From positions 33,108,001 to 33,172,000 of the forward strand of contig OZ024740.1 of NCBI GenBank assembly GCA_964016885.1: a stretch of DNA of 64,000 nucleotides, in the 5' to 3' direction. This document shows positions 42,101 through 56,783 of this stretch, piece after piece (position 1 is the stretch's first letter; each line of letters starts with the position of its first letter). A program made the translations under genes and the position numbers. The notes under the pieces were generated by a model that made no database searches, was not told the origin of the DNA, and was given only the letters and a program-made list of their open reading frames with translations. The DNA comes from Eledone cirrhosa (taxonomy: Eukaryota).

Positions 42101-45100
42101 ATAATCTAGATAGAAAGTTTTCATATATATATTCTAGATAGAAAGTGACCATCTATATATTCCAGATAGAAAGTGTTCATATATATATTCTAGATAGAAA
42201 GTGTTCATCTATATATTCCAGATAGAAAGTGTTCATCTATATATTCTACATAGAAAGTGTTCATCTATATATTTTAGATAGAAAGTGTTTATTTATATAT
42301 TCTAGATAGAAAGTGTTCATCTATATATTTTAGATAGAAAGTGACCATCTATATATTCTATATAGAAAGTGACATCTATATATTTTAGATAGAAAGTGTT
42401 CATCTATATATTCTAGATAGAAAATGACCATCTATATATTTTAGATAGAAAGTGACCATCTATATATTTTAGACAGAAAGTGTTCATCTATATATTCTAG
42501 ATAGAAAGTGACCATCTATATATTCTAGATAGAAAGTGACCATCTATATATTCTAGATAGAAAGTGTTCATCTATATATTCTAGATAGAAAGTGACTATC
42601 TATATATTCTAGATAGAAAATGACAATCTATATATTTCAGATAGAATGTGACCATCTATATATTTTAAATAGAAAATGACCATCTATATATTCTTGATAG
42701 AAAGTGACCATCTATATATTTTAGATAGAAAGTGACCATCTATATATTTTAGACAGAAAGTGTTCATCTATATATTCTAGATAGAAAGTGTTCATCTATA
42801 TATTCTAGATAGAAAGTGACCATCTATATATTCCAGATAGAAAGTGTTCATCTATATATTCTAGATAGAAAGTGTTCATCTATATATTCTACATAGAAAG
42901 TGTTCATCTATATATTTTAGATAGAAAGTGTTTATTTATATATTCTAGATAGAAAGTGTTCATCTACATATTCTAGATAGAAAGTGACCATCTATATATT
43001 CTAGATAGAATGTATTCATCTATATTTTCTAGATAGAAAGTGACCATCTATATATTCTAGATAGAAAGTGTTCATCTATATATTCTAGATAGAAAGTGAC
43101 TATCTATATATTCTAGATAGAAAATGACAATCTATATATTTCAGATAGAATGTGACCATCTATATATTTTAAATAGAACATGACCATCTATATATTCTAG
43201 ATAGAAAGTGATCATCTATATATTTTAGATAGAAAGTGACCATCTATATATTTTAGACAGAAAGTGTTCATCTATATATTCTAGATAGAAAGTGTTCATC
43301 TATATATTCTAGATAGAAAGTGACCATCTATATATTCCAGATAGAAAGTGTTCATCTATATATTCTAGATAGAAAGTGTTCATCTATATATTCTACATAG
43401 AAAGTGTTCATCTATATATTTTAGATAGAAAGTGTTTATTTATATATTCTAGATAGAAAGTGTTCATCTATATATTCTAGATAGAAAGTGACCATCTATA
43501 TATTCTAGATAGAAAGTGTTCATCTATATATTCTACATAGAAAGTGTTCATCTATATATTTTAGATAGAAAGTGTTTATTTATATATTCTAGATAGAAAG
43601 TGTTCATCTATATATTCTAGATAGAAAGTGACCATCTATATATTCTAGATAGAAAGTGTTAATCTATATATTCTAGATAGAAAGTGACCATCTATATATT
43701 CTAGATAGAATGTATTCATCTATATTTTCTAGATAGAAAGTGACCATCTATATATTCTATATAGAAAGTGACCATTTATATATTTTAGATAGAAAGTGTT
43801 CATTTATATATTCTAGATAGAAAATGACCATCTATATATTTTAGATAGAAAGTGACCATCTATATATTTTAGACAGAAAGTGTTCATCTATATATTCTAG
43901 ATAGAAAGTGTTCATCTATATATTCTAGATAGAAAGTGACCATCCATATAATCTAGATAGAAAGTTTTCATATATATATTCTAGATAGAAAGTGACCATC
44001 TATATATTCCAGATAGAAAGTGTTCATATATATATTCTAGATAGAAAGTGTTCATCTATATATTCCAGATAGAAAGTGTTCATCTATATATTCTACATAG
44101 AAAGTGTTCATCTATATATTTTAGATAGAAAGTGTTTATTTATATATTCTAGATAGAAAGTGACCATCTATATATTCAAGATAGAAAGTGTTCATCTATA
44201 TATTTTAGATAGAAAGTGACCATCTATATATTCTATATAGAAAGTGACCATCTATATATTTTAGATAGAAAGTGTTCATCTATATATTCTAGATAGAAAA
44301 TGACCATCTATATATTTTAGATAGAAAGTGACCATCTATATATTTTAGACAGAAAGTGACCATCTATATATTCTAGATAGAAAGTGACCATCTATATATT
44401 CTAGATAGAAAGTGACCATGTATATATTCTTGATAGAAAGTAACCATCTATATATTTTAGATTGAAAATGACCATCTATATATATATTCTAGATAGAAAG
44501 TGTTCATATATATATTCTAGATAGAAAGTGTTCATCTATATATTCCAGATAGAAAGTGTTCATCTATATATTCTACATAGAAAGTGTTCATCTATATATT
44601 TTAGATAGAAAGTGTTCATCTATATATTCTAGATAGAAAGTGATCATCTATATATTTTAGATAGAAAGTGACCATCTATATATTTTAGATAGAAAGTGTT
44701 CATCTATATATTCTAGATAGAAAGTGACCATCTATACATTCTAGATAGAGAGTGTTCATCTATATATTCTAGATAGAAAGTGTTCATCTATATATTCCAG
44801 ATAGAAAGTGTTCATCTATATATTCTAGATAGAAAGTGACCATCTATATATTTTAGATAGAAAGTGACCATCTATATATTCTAGATAGAAAGTGACCATC
44901 TATATATTCTAGATAGAAAGTAACCATCTATATATTTTAGATAGAAAATGACCATCTATATATATATTCTAGATAGAAAGTGTTCATATATATATTCTAG
45001 ATAGAAAGTGTTCATCTATATATCCCAGATAGAAAGTGTTCATCTATATATTCTACATAGAAAGTGTTCATCTATATATTTTAGATAGAAAGTGTTTATT

Positions 45101-48100
45101 TATATATTCTAGATAGAAAGTGTTCATCTATATATTCCAGATAGAAAGTGTTCATCTATATATTCTAGATAGAAAGTGACCATCTATATATTCTAGATAG
45201 AAAGTGACCATCTATATATTCTAGATAGAAAGTGACCATGTATATATTCTAGATAGAAAGTAACCATCTATATATTTTAGATTGAAAATGACCATCTATA
45301 TATATATTCTAGATAGAAAGTGTTCATATATATATTCTAGATAGAAAGTGTTCATCTATATATTCCAGATAGAAAGTGTTCATCTATATATTCTAGATAG
45401 AAAGTGTTCATCTATATATTTTAGATAGAAAGTGTTTATTTATATATTCTAGATAGAATGTGACCATCTATATATTCAAGATAGAAAGTTTTCATTTATA
45501 TATTCTAGATAGAAAGTGACCATCTATATATTTTAGATAGAAAGTGTTCGTCTATATATTCTAGAGAGAAAGTGTTCATCTATATATTTTAGATAGAAAG
45601 TGACCATCTATATATTTTAGATAAAAAGTGACCATCTATATATTTTAGATAGAAAGTGTTCATCTATATAATCTAGATAGAAAGTGTTCATCTATATATT
45701 CTAGATAGAAAGTGACCATCTATATATTCTAGATAGAAAGTGACCATGTATATATTCTAGATAGAAAGTAACCATCTATATATTTTAGATTGAAAATGAC
45801 CATCTATATATTCTAGATAGAAAGTGACCATCTATATATTTTAGATAGAAAGTGACCATCTATATATTTTAGACAGAAAGTGTTCATCTATATATTCTAG
45901 ATAGAAAGTGTTCATCTATATATTCTAGATAGAAAGTGACCATCTATATATTCCAGATAGAAAGTGTTCATCTATATATTCTAGATAGAAAGTGTTCATC
46001 TATATATTCTACATAGAAAGTGTTCATCTATATATTTTAGATAGAAAGTGTTTATTTATATATTCTAGATAGAAAGTGTTCATCTATATATTCTAGATAG
46101 AAAGTGACCATCTATATATTCTAGATAGAATGTATTCATCTATATTTTCTAGATAGAAAGTGACCATCTATATATTCTAGATAGAAAGTGTTCATCTATA
46201 TATTCTAGATAGAAAGTGACTATCTATATATTCTAGATAGAAAATGACAATCTATATATTTCAGATAGAATGTGACCATCTATATATTTTAAATAGAACA
46301 TGACCATCTATATATTCTAGATAGAAAGTGACCATCTATATATTTTAGATAGAAAGTGACCATCTATATATTTTAGACAGAAAGTGTTCATCTATATATT
46401 CTAGATAGAAAGTGTTCATCTATATATTCTAGATAGAAAGTGACCATCTATATATTCCAGATAGAAAGTGTTCATCTATATATTCTAGATAGAAAGTGTT
46501 CATCTATATATTCTACATAGAAAGTGTTCATCTATATATTTTAGATAGAAAGTGTTTATTTATATATTCTAGATAGAAAGTGTTCATCTATATATTCTAG
46601 ATAGAAAGTGACCATCTATATATTCTAGATAGAAAGTGTTCATCTATATATTCTACATAGAAAGTGTTCATCTATATATTTTAGATAGAAAGTGTTTATT
46701 TATATATTCTAGATAGAAAGTGTTCATCTATATATTCTAGATAGAAAGTGACCATCTATATATTCTAGATAGAAAGTGTTAATCTATATATTCTAGATAG
46801 AAAGTGACCATCTATATATTCTAGATAGAATGTATTCATCTATATTTTCTAGATAGAAAGTGACCATCTATATATTCTATATAGAAAGTGACCATTTATA
46901 TATTTTAGATAGAAAGTGTTCATTTATATATTCTAGATAGAAAATGACCATCTATATATTTTAGATAGAAAGTGACCATCTATATATTTTAGACAGAAAG
47001 TGTTCATCGATATATTCTAGATAGAAAGTGTTCATCTATATATTCTAGATAGAAAGTGACCATCCATATAATCTAGATAGAAAGTTTTCATATATATATT
47101 CTAGATAGAAAGTGACCATCTATATATTCCAGATAGAAAGTGTTCATATATATATTCTAGATAGAAAGTGTTCATCTATATATTCCAGATAGAAAGTGTT
47201 CATCTATATATTCTACATAGAAAGTGTTCATCTATATATTTTAGATAGAAAGTGTTTATTTATATATTCTAGATAGAAAGTGACCATCTATATATTCAAG
47301 ATAGAAAGTGTTCATCTATATATTTTAGATAGAAAGTGACCATCTATATATTCTATATAGAAAGTGACCATCTATATATTTTAGATAGAAAGTGTTCATC
47401 TATATATTCTAGATAGAAAATGACCATCTATATATTTTAGATAGAAAGTGACCATCTATATATTTTAGACAGAAAGTGACCATCTATATATTCTAGATAG
47501 AAAGTGACCATCTATATATTCTAGATAGAAAGTGACTATGTATATATTCTTGATAGAAAGTAACCATCTATATATTTTAGATTGAAAATGACCATCTATA
47601 TATATATTCTAGATAGAAAGTGTTCATATATATATTCTAGATAGAAAGTGTTCATCTATATATTCCAGATAGAAAGTGTTCATCTATATATTCTACATAG
47701 AAAGTGTTCATCTATATATTTTAGATAGAAAGTGTTCATCTATATATTCTAGATAGAAAGTGATCATCTATATATTTTAGATAGAAAGTGACCATCTATA
47801 TATTTTAGATAGAAAGTGTTCATCTATATATTCTAGATAGAAAGTGACCATCTATACATTCTAGATAGAGAGTGTTCATCTATATATTCTAGATAGAAAG
47901 TGTTCATCTATATATTCCAGATAGAAAGTGTTCATCTATATATTCTAGATAGAAAGTGACCATCTATATATTTTAGATAGAAAGTGACCATCTATATATT
48001 CTAGATAGAAAGTGACCATCTATATATTCTAGATAGAAAGTAACCATCTATATATTTTAGATAGAAAATGACCATCTATATATATATTCTAGATAGAAAG

Positions 48101-48238
48101 TGTTCATATATATATTCTAGATAGAAAGTGTTCATCTATATATCCCAGATAGAAAGTGTTCATCTATATATTCTACATAGAAAGTGTTCATCTATATATT
48201 TTAGATAGAAAGTGTTTATTTATATATTCTAGATAGAA
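30133..48238. repeat. Tandem segmental duplication within the satellite (copy 1 ~30,133-38,800; copy 2 ~38,800-48,238)
   Basis: Rare variants occur in collinear pairs: TATACTCTAG 30431/39061, GATAGTAAGTG ~31179/39921, ATTGTAGA ~31871/40613, TTCATCCATATATT ~32424/41866, CATCTACATATT 33575/42961, CATCGATATA 37591/47005 and GACTATGTAT ~38121/47535. Confidence 0.85.
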
Positions 48239-51200
48239 AGTGTTCATCTATATATTCCAGATAGAAAGTGTTCATCTATATATTCTAGATAGAAAGTGAC
48301 CATCTATATATTCTAGATAGAAAGTGACCATCTATATATTCTAGATAGAAAGTGACCATGTATATATTCTAGATAGAAAGTAACCATCTATATATTTTAG
48401 ATTGAAAATGACCATCTATATATATATTCTAGATAGAAAGTGTTCATATATATATTCTAGATAGAAAGTGTTCATCTATATATTCCAGATAGAAAGTGTT
48501 CATCTATATATTCTAGATAGAAAGTGTTCATCTATATATTTTAGATAGAAAGTGTTTATTTATATATTCTAGATAGAATGTGACCATCTATATATTCAAG
48601 ATAGAAAGTTTTCATTTATATATTCTAGATAGAAAGTGACCATCTATATATTTTAGATAGAAAGTGTTCATCTATATATTCTAGAGAGAAAGTGTTCATC
48701 TATATATTTTAGATAGAAAGTGACCATCTATATATTTTAGATAAAAAGTGACCATCTATATATTTTAGATAGAAAGTGTTCATCTATATAATCTAGATAG
48801 AAAGTGTTCATCTATATATTCTAGATAGAAAGTGACCATCTATATATTCTAGATAGAAAGTGACCATGTATATATTCTAGATAGAAAGTAACCATCTATA
48901 TATTTTAGATTGAAAATGACCATCTATATATATATTCTAGATAGAAAGTGTTCATATATATATTCTAGATAGAAAGTGTTCATGTATATATTCCAGATAA
49001 AAAGTGTTCATCTATATATTCTACATAGAAAGCGTTCATCTATATATTTTAGATAGAAAGTGACCATCTATATATTTTAGATAAAAAGTGACCATCTATA
49101 TATTTTAGATAGAAAGTGTTCATCTATATAATCTAGATAGAAAGTGTTCATCTATATATTCTAGATAGAAAGTGACCATGTATATATTCTAGATAGAAAG
49201 TGACCATGTATATATTCTAGATAGAAAGTAACCATCTATATATTTTAGATTGAAAATGACCATCTATATATATATTCTAGATAGAAAGTGTTCATATATA
49301 TATTCTAGATAGAAAGTGTTCATCTATATATTCCAGATAAAAAGTGTTCATCTATATATTCTACATAGAAAGTGTTCATCTATATATTTTAGATAGAAAG
49401 TGTTTATTTATATATTCTAGATAGAAAGTGTTCATCTATATATTTTTGATAGAAAGTGACCATCTATATATTCTATATAGAAAGTGACATCTATATATTT
49501 TAGATAGAAAGTGTTCATCTATATATTCTAGATAGAAAATGACCATCTATATATTTTAGATAGAAAGTGACCATCTATATATTTTAGACAGAAAGTGTTC
49601 ATCTATATATTCTAGATAGAAAGTGACCATCTATATATTCTAGATAGAAAATGACCATCTATATATTTTAGATAGAAAGTGTTCATCTATATATTCTAGA
49701 TAGAAAGTGACCATCTATATATTCTAGATAGAAAGTGTTCATCTATATATTCTAGATAGAAAGTGACTATCTATATATTCTAGATAGAAAATGACAATCT
49801 ATATATTTCAGATAGAATGTGACCATCTATATATTTTAAATAGAAAATGACCATCTATATATTCTAGATAGAAAGTGACCATCTATATATTTTAGATAGA
49901 AAGTGACCTTCTATATATTTTAGACAGAAAGTGTTCATCTATATATTCTAGATAGAAAGTGTTCATCTATATATTCTAGATAGAAAGTGACCATCTATAT
50001 ATTCCAGATAGAAAGTGTTCATCTATATATTCTAGATAGAAAGTGTTCATCTATATATTCTACATAGAAAGTGTTCATCTATATATTTTAGATAGAAAGT
50101 GACCATCTAATTATTCTATATAGAAAGTGACCATCTATATATTTTAGATAGAAAGTGTTCATCTATATATTCTAGATAGAAAATGACCATCTATATATTT
50201 TAGATAGAAAGTGACCATCTATATATTTTAGACAGAAAGTGTTCATCTATATATTCTAGATAGAAAGTGACCATCCATATAATCTAGATAGAAAGTTTTC
50301 ATTTATATATTCTAGATAGAAAGTGTTCATCTATATATTCTAGATAGAAAATGACCATCTATATATTTTAGATAGAAAGTGACCATCTATATATTTTAGA
50401 CAGAAAGTGTTCATCTATATATTCTAGATAGAAAATGACCATCTATATATTTTAGATAGAAAGTGACCATCTATATATTTTAGATAGAAAGTGACCATCT
50501 ATATATTTTAGATAAAAAGTGACCATCTATATATTTTAGATAGAAAGTGTTCATCTATATATTCTAGATAGAAAGTGACCATCTATATATTCTAGATAGA
50601 AAGTGACCATGTATATATTCTAGATAGAAAGTAACCATCTATATACTTTAGATTGAAAATGACCATCTATATATATATTCTAGATAGAAAGTGTTCATAT
50701 ATATATTCTAGATAGAAAGTGTTCATCTATATATTCCAGATAAAAAGTGTTCATCTATATATTCTACATAGAAAGCGTTCATCTATATATTTTAGATAGA
50801 AAGTGACCATCTATGTATTTTAGATAAAAAGTGACCATCTAATATATTTTAGATAGAAAGTGTTCATCTATATAATCTACATAGAAAGTGTTCATCTATA
50901 TATTCTAGATAGAAAGTGACCATGTATATATTCTAGATAGAAAGTGACCATGTATATATTCTAGATAGAAAGTAACCATCTATATATTTTAGATTGAAAA
51001 TGACCATCTATATATATATTCTAGATAGAAAGTGTTCATATATATATTCTAGATAGAAAGTGTTCATCTATATATTCCAGATAAAAAGTGTTCATCTATA
51101 TATTCTACATAGAAAGTGTTCATCTATATATTTTAGATAGAAAGTGTTTATTTATATATTCTAGATAGAAGGTGTTCATCTATATATTCTAGATAGAAAG

Positions 51201-54200
51201 TGACCATCTATATATTCTAGGTAGAAAGTGTTCATCTATATATTCTACATAGAAAGTGTTCATCTATATATTTTAGATAGAAAGTGTTTATTTATATATT
51301 CTAGATAGAAAGTGTTCATCTATATATTCTAGATAGAAAGTGACCATCTATATATTCTAGATAGAAAGTGTTAATCTATATATTCTAGATAGAAAGTGAC
51401 CATCTATATATTCTAGATAGAATGTATTCATCTATATTTTCTAGATAGAAAGTGACCATCTATATATTCTATATAGAAAGTGACCATTTATATATTTTAG
51501 ATAGAAAGTGTTCATTTATATATTCTAGATAGAAAATGACCATCTATATATTTTAGATAGAAAGTGACCATCTATATATTTTAGACAGAAAGTGTTCATC
51601 TATATATTCTAGATAGAAAGTGTTCATCTATATATTCTAGATAGAAAGTGACCATCCATATAATCTAGATAGAAAGTTTTCATATATATATTCTAGATAG
51701 AAAGTGACCATCTATATATTCCAGATAGAAAGTGTTCATATATATATTCTAGATAGAAAGTGTTCATCTATATATTCCAGATAGAAAGTGTTCATCTATA
51801 TATTCTACATAGAAAGTGTTCATCTATATATTTTAGATAGAAAGTGTTTATTTATATATTCTAGATAGAATGTGACCATCTATATATTCAAGATAGAAAG
51901 TGTTCATCTATATATTTTAGATAGAAAGTGACCATCTAATTATTCTATATAGAAAGTGAGCATCTATATATTTTAGATAGAAAGTGTTCATCTATATATT
52001 CTAGATAGAAAATGACCATCTATATATTTTAGATAGAAAGTGACCATCTATATATTTTAGACAGAAAGTGTTCATCTATATATTCTAGATAGAAAGTGAC
52101 CATCCATATAATCTAGATAGAAAGTTTTCATTTATATATTCTAGATAGAAAGTGACCATCTATATATTTTAGATAGAAAGTGACCATCTATATATTTTAG
52201 ATAAAAAGTGACCATCTATATATTTTAGATAGAAAGTGTTCATCAATATAATCTAGATAGAAAGTGTTCATCTATATATTCTAGATAGAAAGTGACCATG
52301 TATATATTCTAGATAGAAAGTGACCATGTATATATTCTAGATAGAAAGTAACCATCTATATATTTTAGATTGAAAATGACCATCTATATATATATTCTAG
52401 ATAGAAAGTGTTCATATATATATTCTAGATAGAAAGTGTTCATCTATATATTCCAGATAAAAAGTGTTCATCTATATATTCTACATAGAAAGTGTTCATC
52501 TATATATTTTAGATAGAAAGTGTTTATTTATATATTCTAGATAGAAAGTGTTCATCTATATATTTTAGATAGAAAGTGACCATCTATATATTCTATATAG
52601 AAAGTGACATCTATATATTTTAGATAGAAAGTGTTCATCTATATATTCTAGATAGAAAATGACCATCTATATATTTTAGATAGAAAGTGACCATCTATAT
52701 ATTTTAGACCGAAAGTGTTCATCTATATATTCTAGATAGAAAGTGACCATTTATATATTCTAGATAGAAAATGACCATCTATATATTTTAGATAGAAAGT
52801 GTTCATCTATATATTCTAGATAGAAAGTGACCATCTATATATTCTAGATAGAAAGTGTTCATCTATATATTCTAGATAGAAAGTGACTATCTATATATTC
52901 TAGATAGAAAATGACAATCTATATATTTCAGATAGAATCTGACCATCTATATATTTTAAATAGAAAATGACCATCTATATATTCTAGATAGAAAGTGACC
53001 ATCTATATATTTTAGATAGAAAGTGACCATCTATATATTTTAGACAGAAAGTGTTCATCTATATATTCTAGATAGAAAGTGTTCATCTATATATTCTAGA
53101 TAGAAAGTGACCATCTATATATTCCAGATAGAAAGTGTTCATCTATATATTCTAGATAGAAAGTGTTCATCTATATATTCTACATAGAAAGTGTTCATCT
53201 ATATATTTTAGATAGAAAGTGTTTATTTATATATTCTAGATAGAAAGTGTTCATCTATATATTCTAGATAGAAAGTGACCATCTATATATTCTAGATAGA
53301 ATGTATTCATCTATATTTTCTAGATAGAAAGTGACCATCTATATATTCTAGATAGAAAGTGTTCATCTATATATTCTAGATAGAAAGTGACTATCTATAT
53401 ATTCTAGATAGAAAATGACAATCTATATATTTCAGATAGAATGTGACCATCTATATATTTTAAATAGAACATGACCATCTATATATTCTAGATAGAAAGT
53501 GACCATCTATATATTTTAGATAGAAAGTGACCATCTATATATTTTAGACAGAAAGTGTTCATCTATATATTCTAGATAGAAAGTGTTCATCTATATATTC
53601 TAGATAGAAAGTGACCATCTATATATTCCAGATAGAAAGTGTTCATCTATATATTCTAGATAGAAAGTGTTCATCTATATATTCTACATAGAAAGTGTTC
53701 ATCTATATATTTTAGATAGAAAGTGTTTATTTATATATTCTAGATAGAAAGTGTTCATCTATATATTCTAGATAGAAAGTGACCATCTATATATTCTAGA
53801 TAGAATGTATTCATCTATATTTTCTAGATAGAAAGTGACCATCTATATATTCTAGATAGAAAGTGACCATCTTTATATTTTAGATAAAAAGTGTTCATCT
53901 ATATATTCTAGATAGAAAGTGACCATCTATACATTCTAGATAGAGAGTGTTCATCTATATATTCTAGATAGAAAGTGTTCATCTATATATTCCAGATAGA
54001 AAGTGTTCATCTATATATTCTAGATAGAAAGTGACCATCTATATATTCTAGATAGAAAGTGACCATCTATATATTCTAGATAGAAAGTGACCATGTATAT
54101 ATTCTAGATAGAAAGTAACCATCTATATATTTTAGATTGAAAATGACCATCTATATATATATTCTAGATAGAAAGTGTTCATATATATATTCTAGATAGA

Positions 54201-56783
54201 AAGTGTTCATCTATATATCCCAGATAGAAAGTGTTCATCTATATATTCTACATAGAAAGTGTTCATCTATATATTTTAGATAGAAAGTGTTTATTTATAT
54301 ATTCTAGATAGAAAGTGTTCATCTATATATTCCAGATAGAAAGTGTTCATCTATATATTCTAGATAGAAAGTGACCATCTATATATTTTAAATAGAAAAT
54401 GACCATCTATATATTCTAGATAGAAAGTGACCATCTATATATTTTAGATAGAAAGTGACCATCTATATATTTTAGACAGAAAGTGTTCATCTATATATTC
54501 TAGATAGAAAGTGTTCATCTATATATTCTAGATAGAAAGTGACCATCTATATATTCCAGATAGAAAGTGTTCATCTATATATTCTAGATAGAAAGTGTTC
54601 ATCTATATATTCTACATAGAAAGTGTTCATCTATATATTTTAGATAGAAAGTGTTTATTTATATATTCTAGATAGAAAGTGTTCATCTATATATTCTAGA
54701 TAGAAAGTGACCATCTATATATTCTAGATAGAATGTATTCATCTATATTTTCTAGATAGAAAGTGACCATCTATATATTCTATATAGAAAGTGACCATTT
54801 ATATATTTTAGATAGAAAGTGTTCATTTATATATTCTAGATAGAAAATGACCATCTATATATTTTAGATAGAAAGTGACCATCTATATATTTTAGACAGA
54901 AAGTGTTCATCTATATATTCTAGATAGAAAGTGACCATCCATATAATCTAGATAGAAAGTTTTCATATATATATTCTAGATAGAAAGTGACCATCTATAT
55001 ATTCCAGATAGAAAGTGTTCATCTATATATTCTAGATAGAAAGTGTTCATCTATATATTCTACATAGAAAGTGTTCATCTATATATTTTAGATAGAAAGT
55101 GTTTATTTATATATTCTAGATAGAAAGTGTTCATCTATATATTCTAGATAGAAAGTGACCATCTATATATTCTAGATAGAAAATGACAATCTATATATTT
55201 CAGATAGAATGTGACCATCTATATATTTTAAATAGAAAATGACCATCTATATATTCTACATAGAAAGTGACCATCTATATATTTTATATAGAAAGTGACC
55301 ATCTATATATTTTAGACAGAAAGTGTTCATCTATATATTCTAGATAGAAAGTGTTCATCTATATATTCTAGATAGAAAGTGACCATCTATATATTCCAGA
55401 TAGAAAGTGTTCATCTATATATTCTAGATAGAAAGTGTTCATCTATATATTCTACATAGAAAGTGTTCATATATATATTTTAGATAGAAAGTGTTTATTC
55501 ATATATTCTAGATAGAAAGTGTTCATATATATATTCTAGATAGAAAGTGTTCATCTATATATTCCAGATAGAAAGTGTTCATCTATATATTCTACATAGA
55601 AAGTGTTCATCTATATATTTTAGATAGAAAGTGTTCATCTATATATTCTAGATAGAAAGTGATCATCTATATATTTTAGATAGAAAGTGACCATCTATAT
55701 ATTTTAGATAGAAAGTGTTCATCTATATATTCTAGATAGAAAGTGACCATCTATACATTCTAGATAGAGAGTGTTCATCTATATATTCTCGATAGAAAGT
55801 GTTCATCTATATATTCCAGATAGAAAGTGTTCATCTATATATTCTAGATAGAAAGTGACCATCTATATATTTTAGATAGAAAGTGACCATCTATATATTC
55901 TAGATAGAAAGTGACCATCTATATATTCTAGATAGAAAGTAACCATCTATATATTTTAGATAGAAAATGACAATCTATATATATATTCTAGATAGAAAGT
56001 GTTCATATATATATTCTAGATAGAAAGTGTTCATCTATATATCCCAGATAGAAAGTGTTCATCTATATATTCTACATAGAAAGTGTTCATATATATTTTA
56101 GATAGAAAGTGTTTATTTATATATTCTAGATAGAAAGTGTTCATCTATATATTCCAGATAGAAAGTGTTCATCTATATATTCTAGATCGAAAGTGACCAT
56201 CTATATATTCTACATAGAAAGTGACCATCTATATATTCTAGATAGAAAGTGACCATGTATATATTCTAGATAGAAAGTAACCATCTATATATTTTAGATT
56301 GAAAATGACCATCTATATATATATTCTAGATAGAAAGTGTTCATATATATATTCTAGATAGAAAGTGTTCATATATATATTCTAGATAGAAAGTGTTCAT
56401 CTATATATTCCAGATAAAAAGTGTTCATCTATATATTCTACATAGAAAGCGTTCATCTATATATTTTAGATAGAAAGTGACCATCTATATATTTTAGATA
56501 AAAAGTGACCATCTATATATTTTAGATAGAAAGTGTTCATCTATATAATCTAGATAGAAAGTGTTCATCTATATATTTTAGATAGAAAGTGACCATGTAT
56601 ATATTCTAGATAGAAAGTGACCATGTATATATTCTAGATAGAAAGTAACCATCTATATATTTTAGATTGAAAATGACCATCTATATATATATTCTAGATA
56701 GAAAGTGTTCATATATATATTCTAGATAGAAAGTGTTCATCTATATATTCCAGATAAAAAGTGTTCATCTATATATTCTACAT

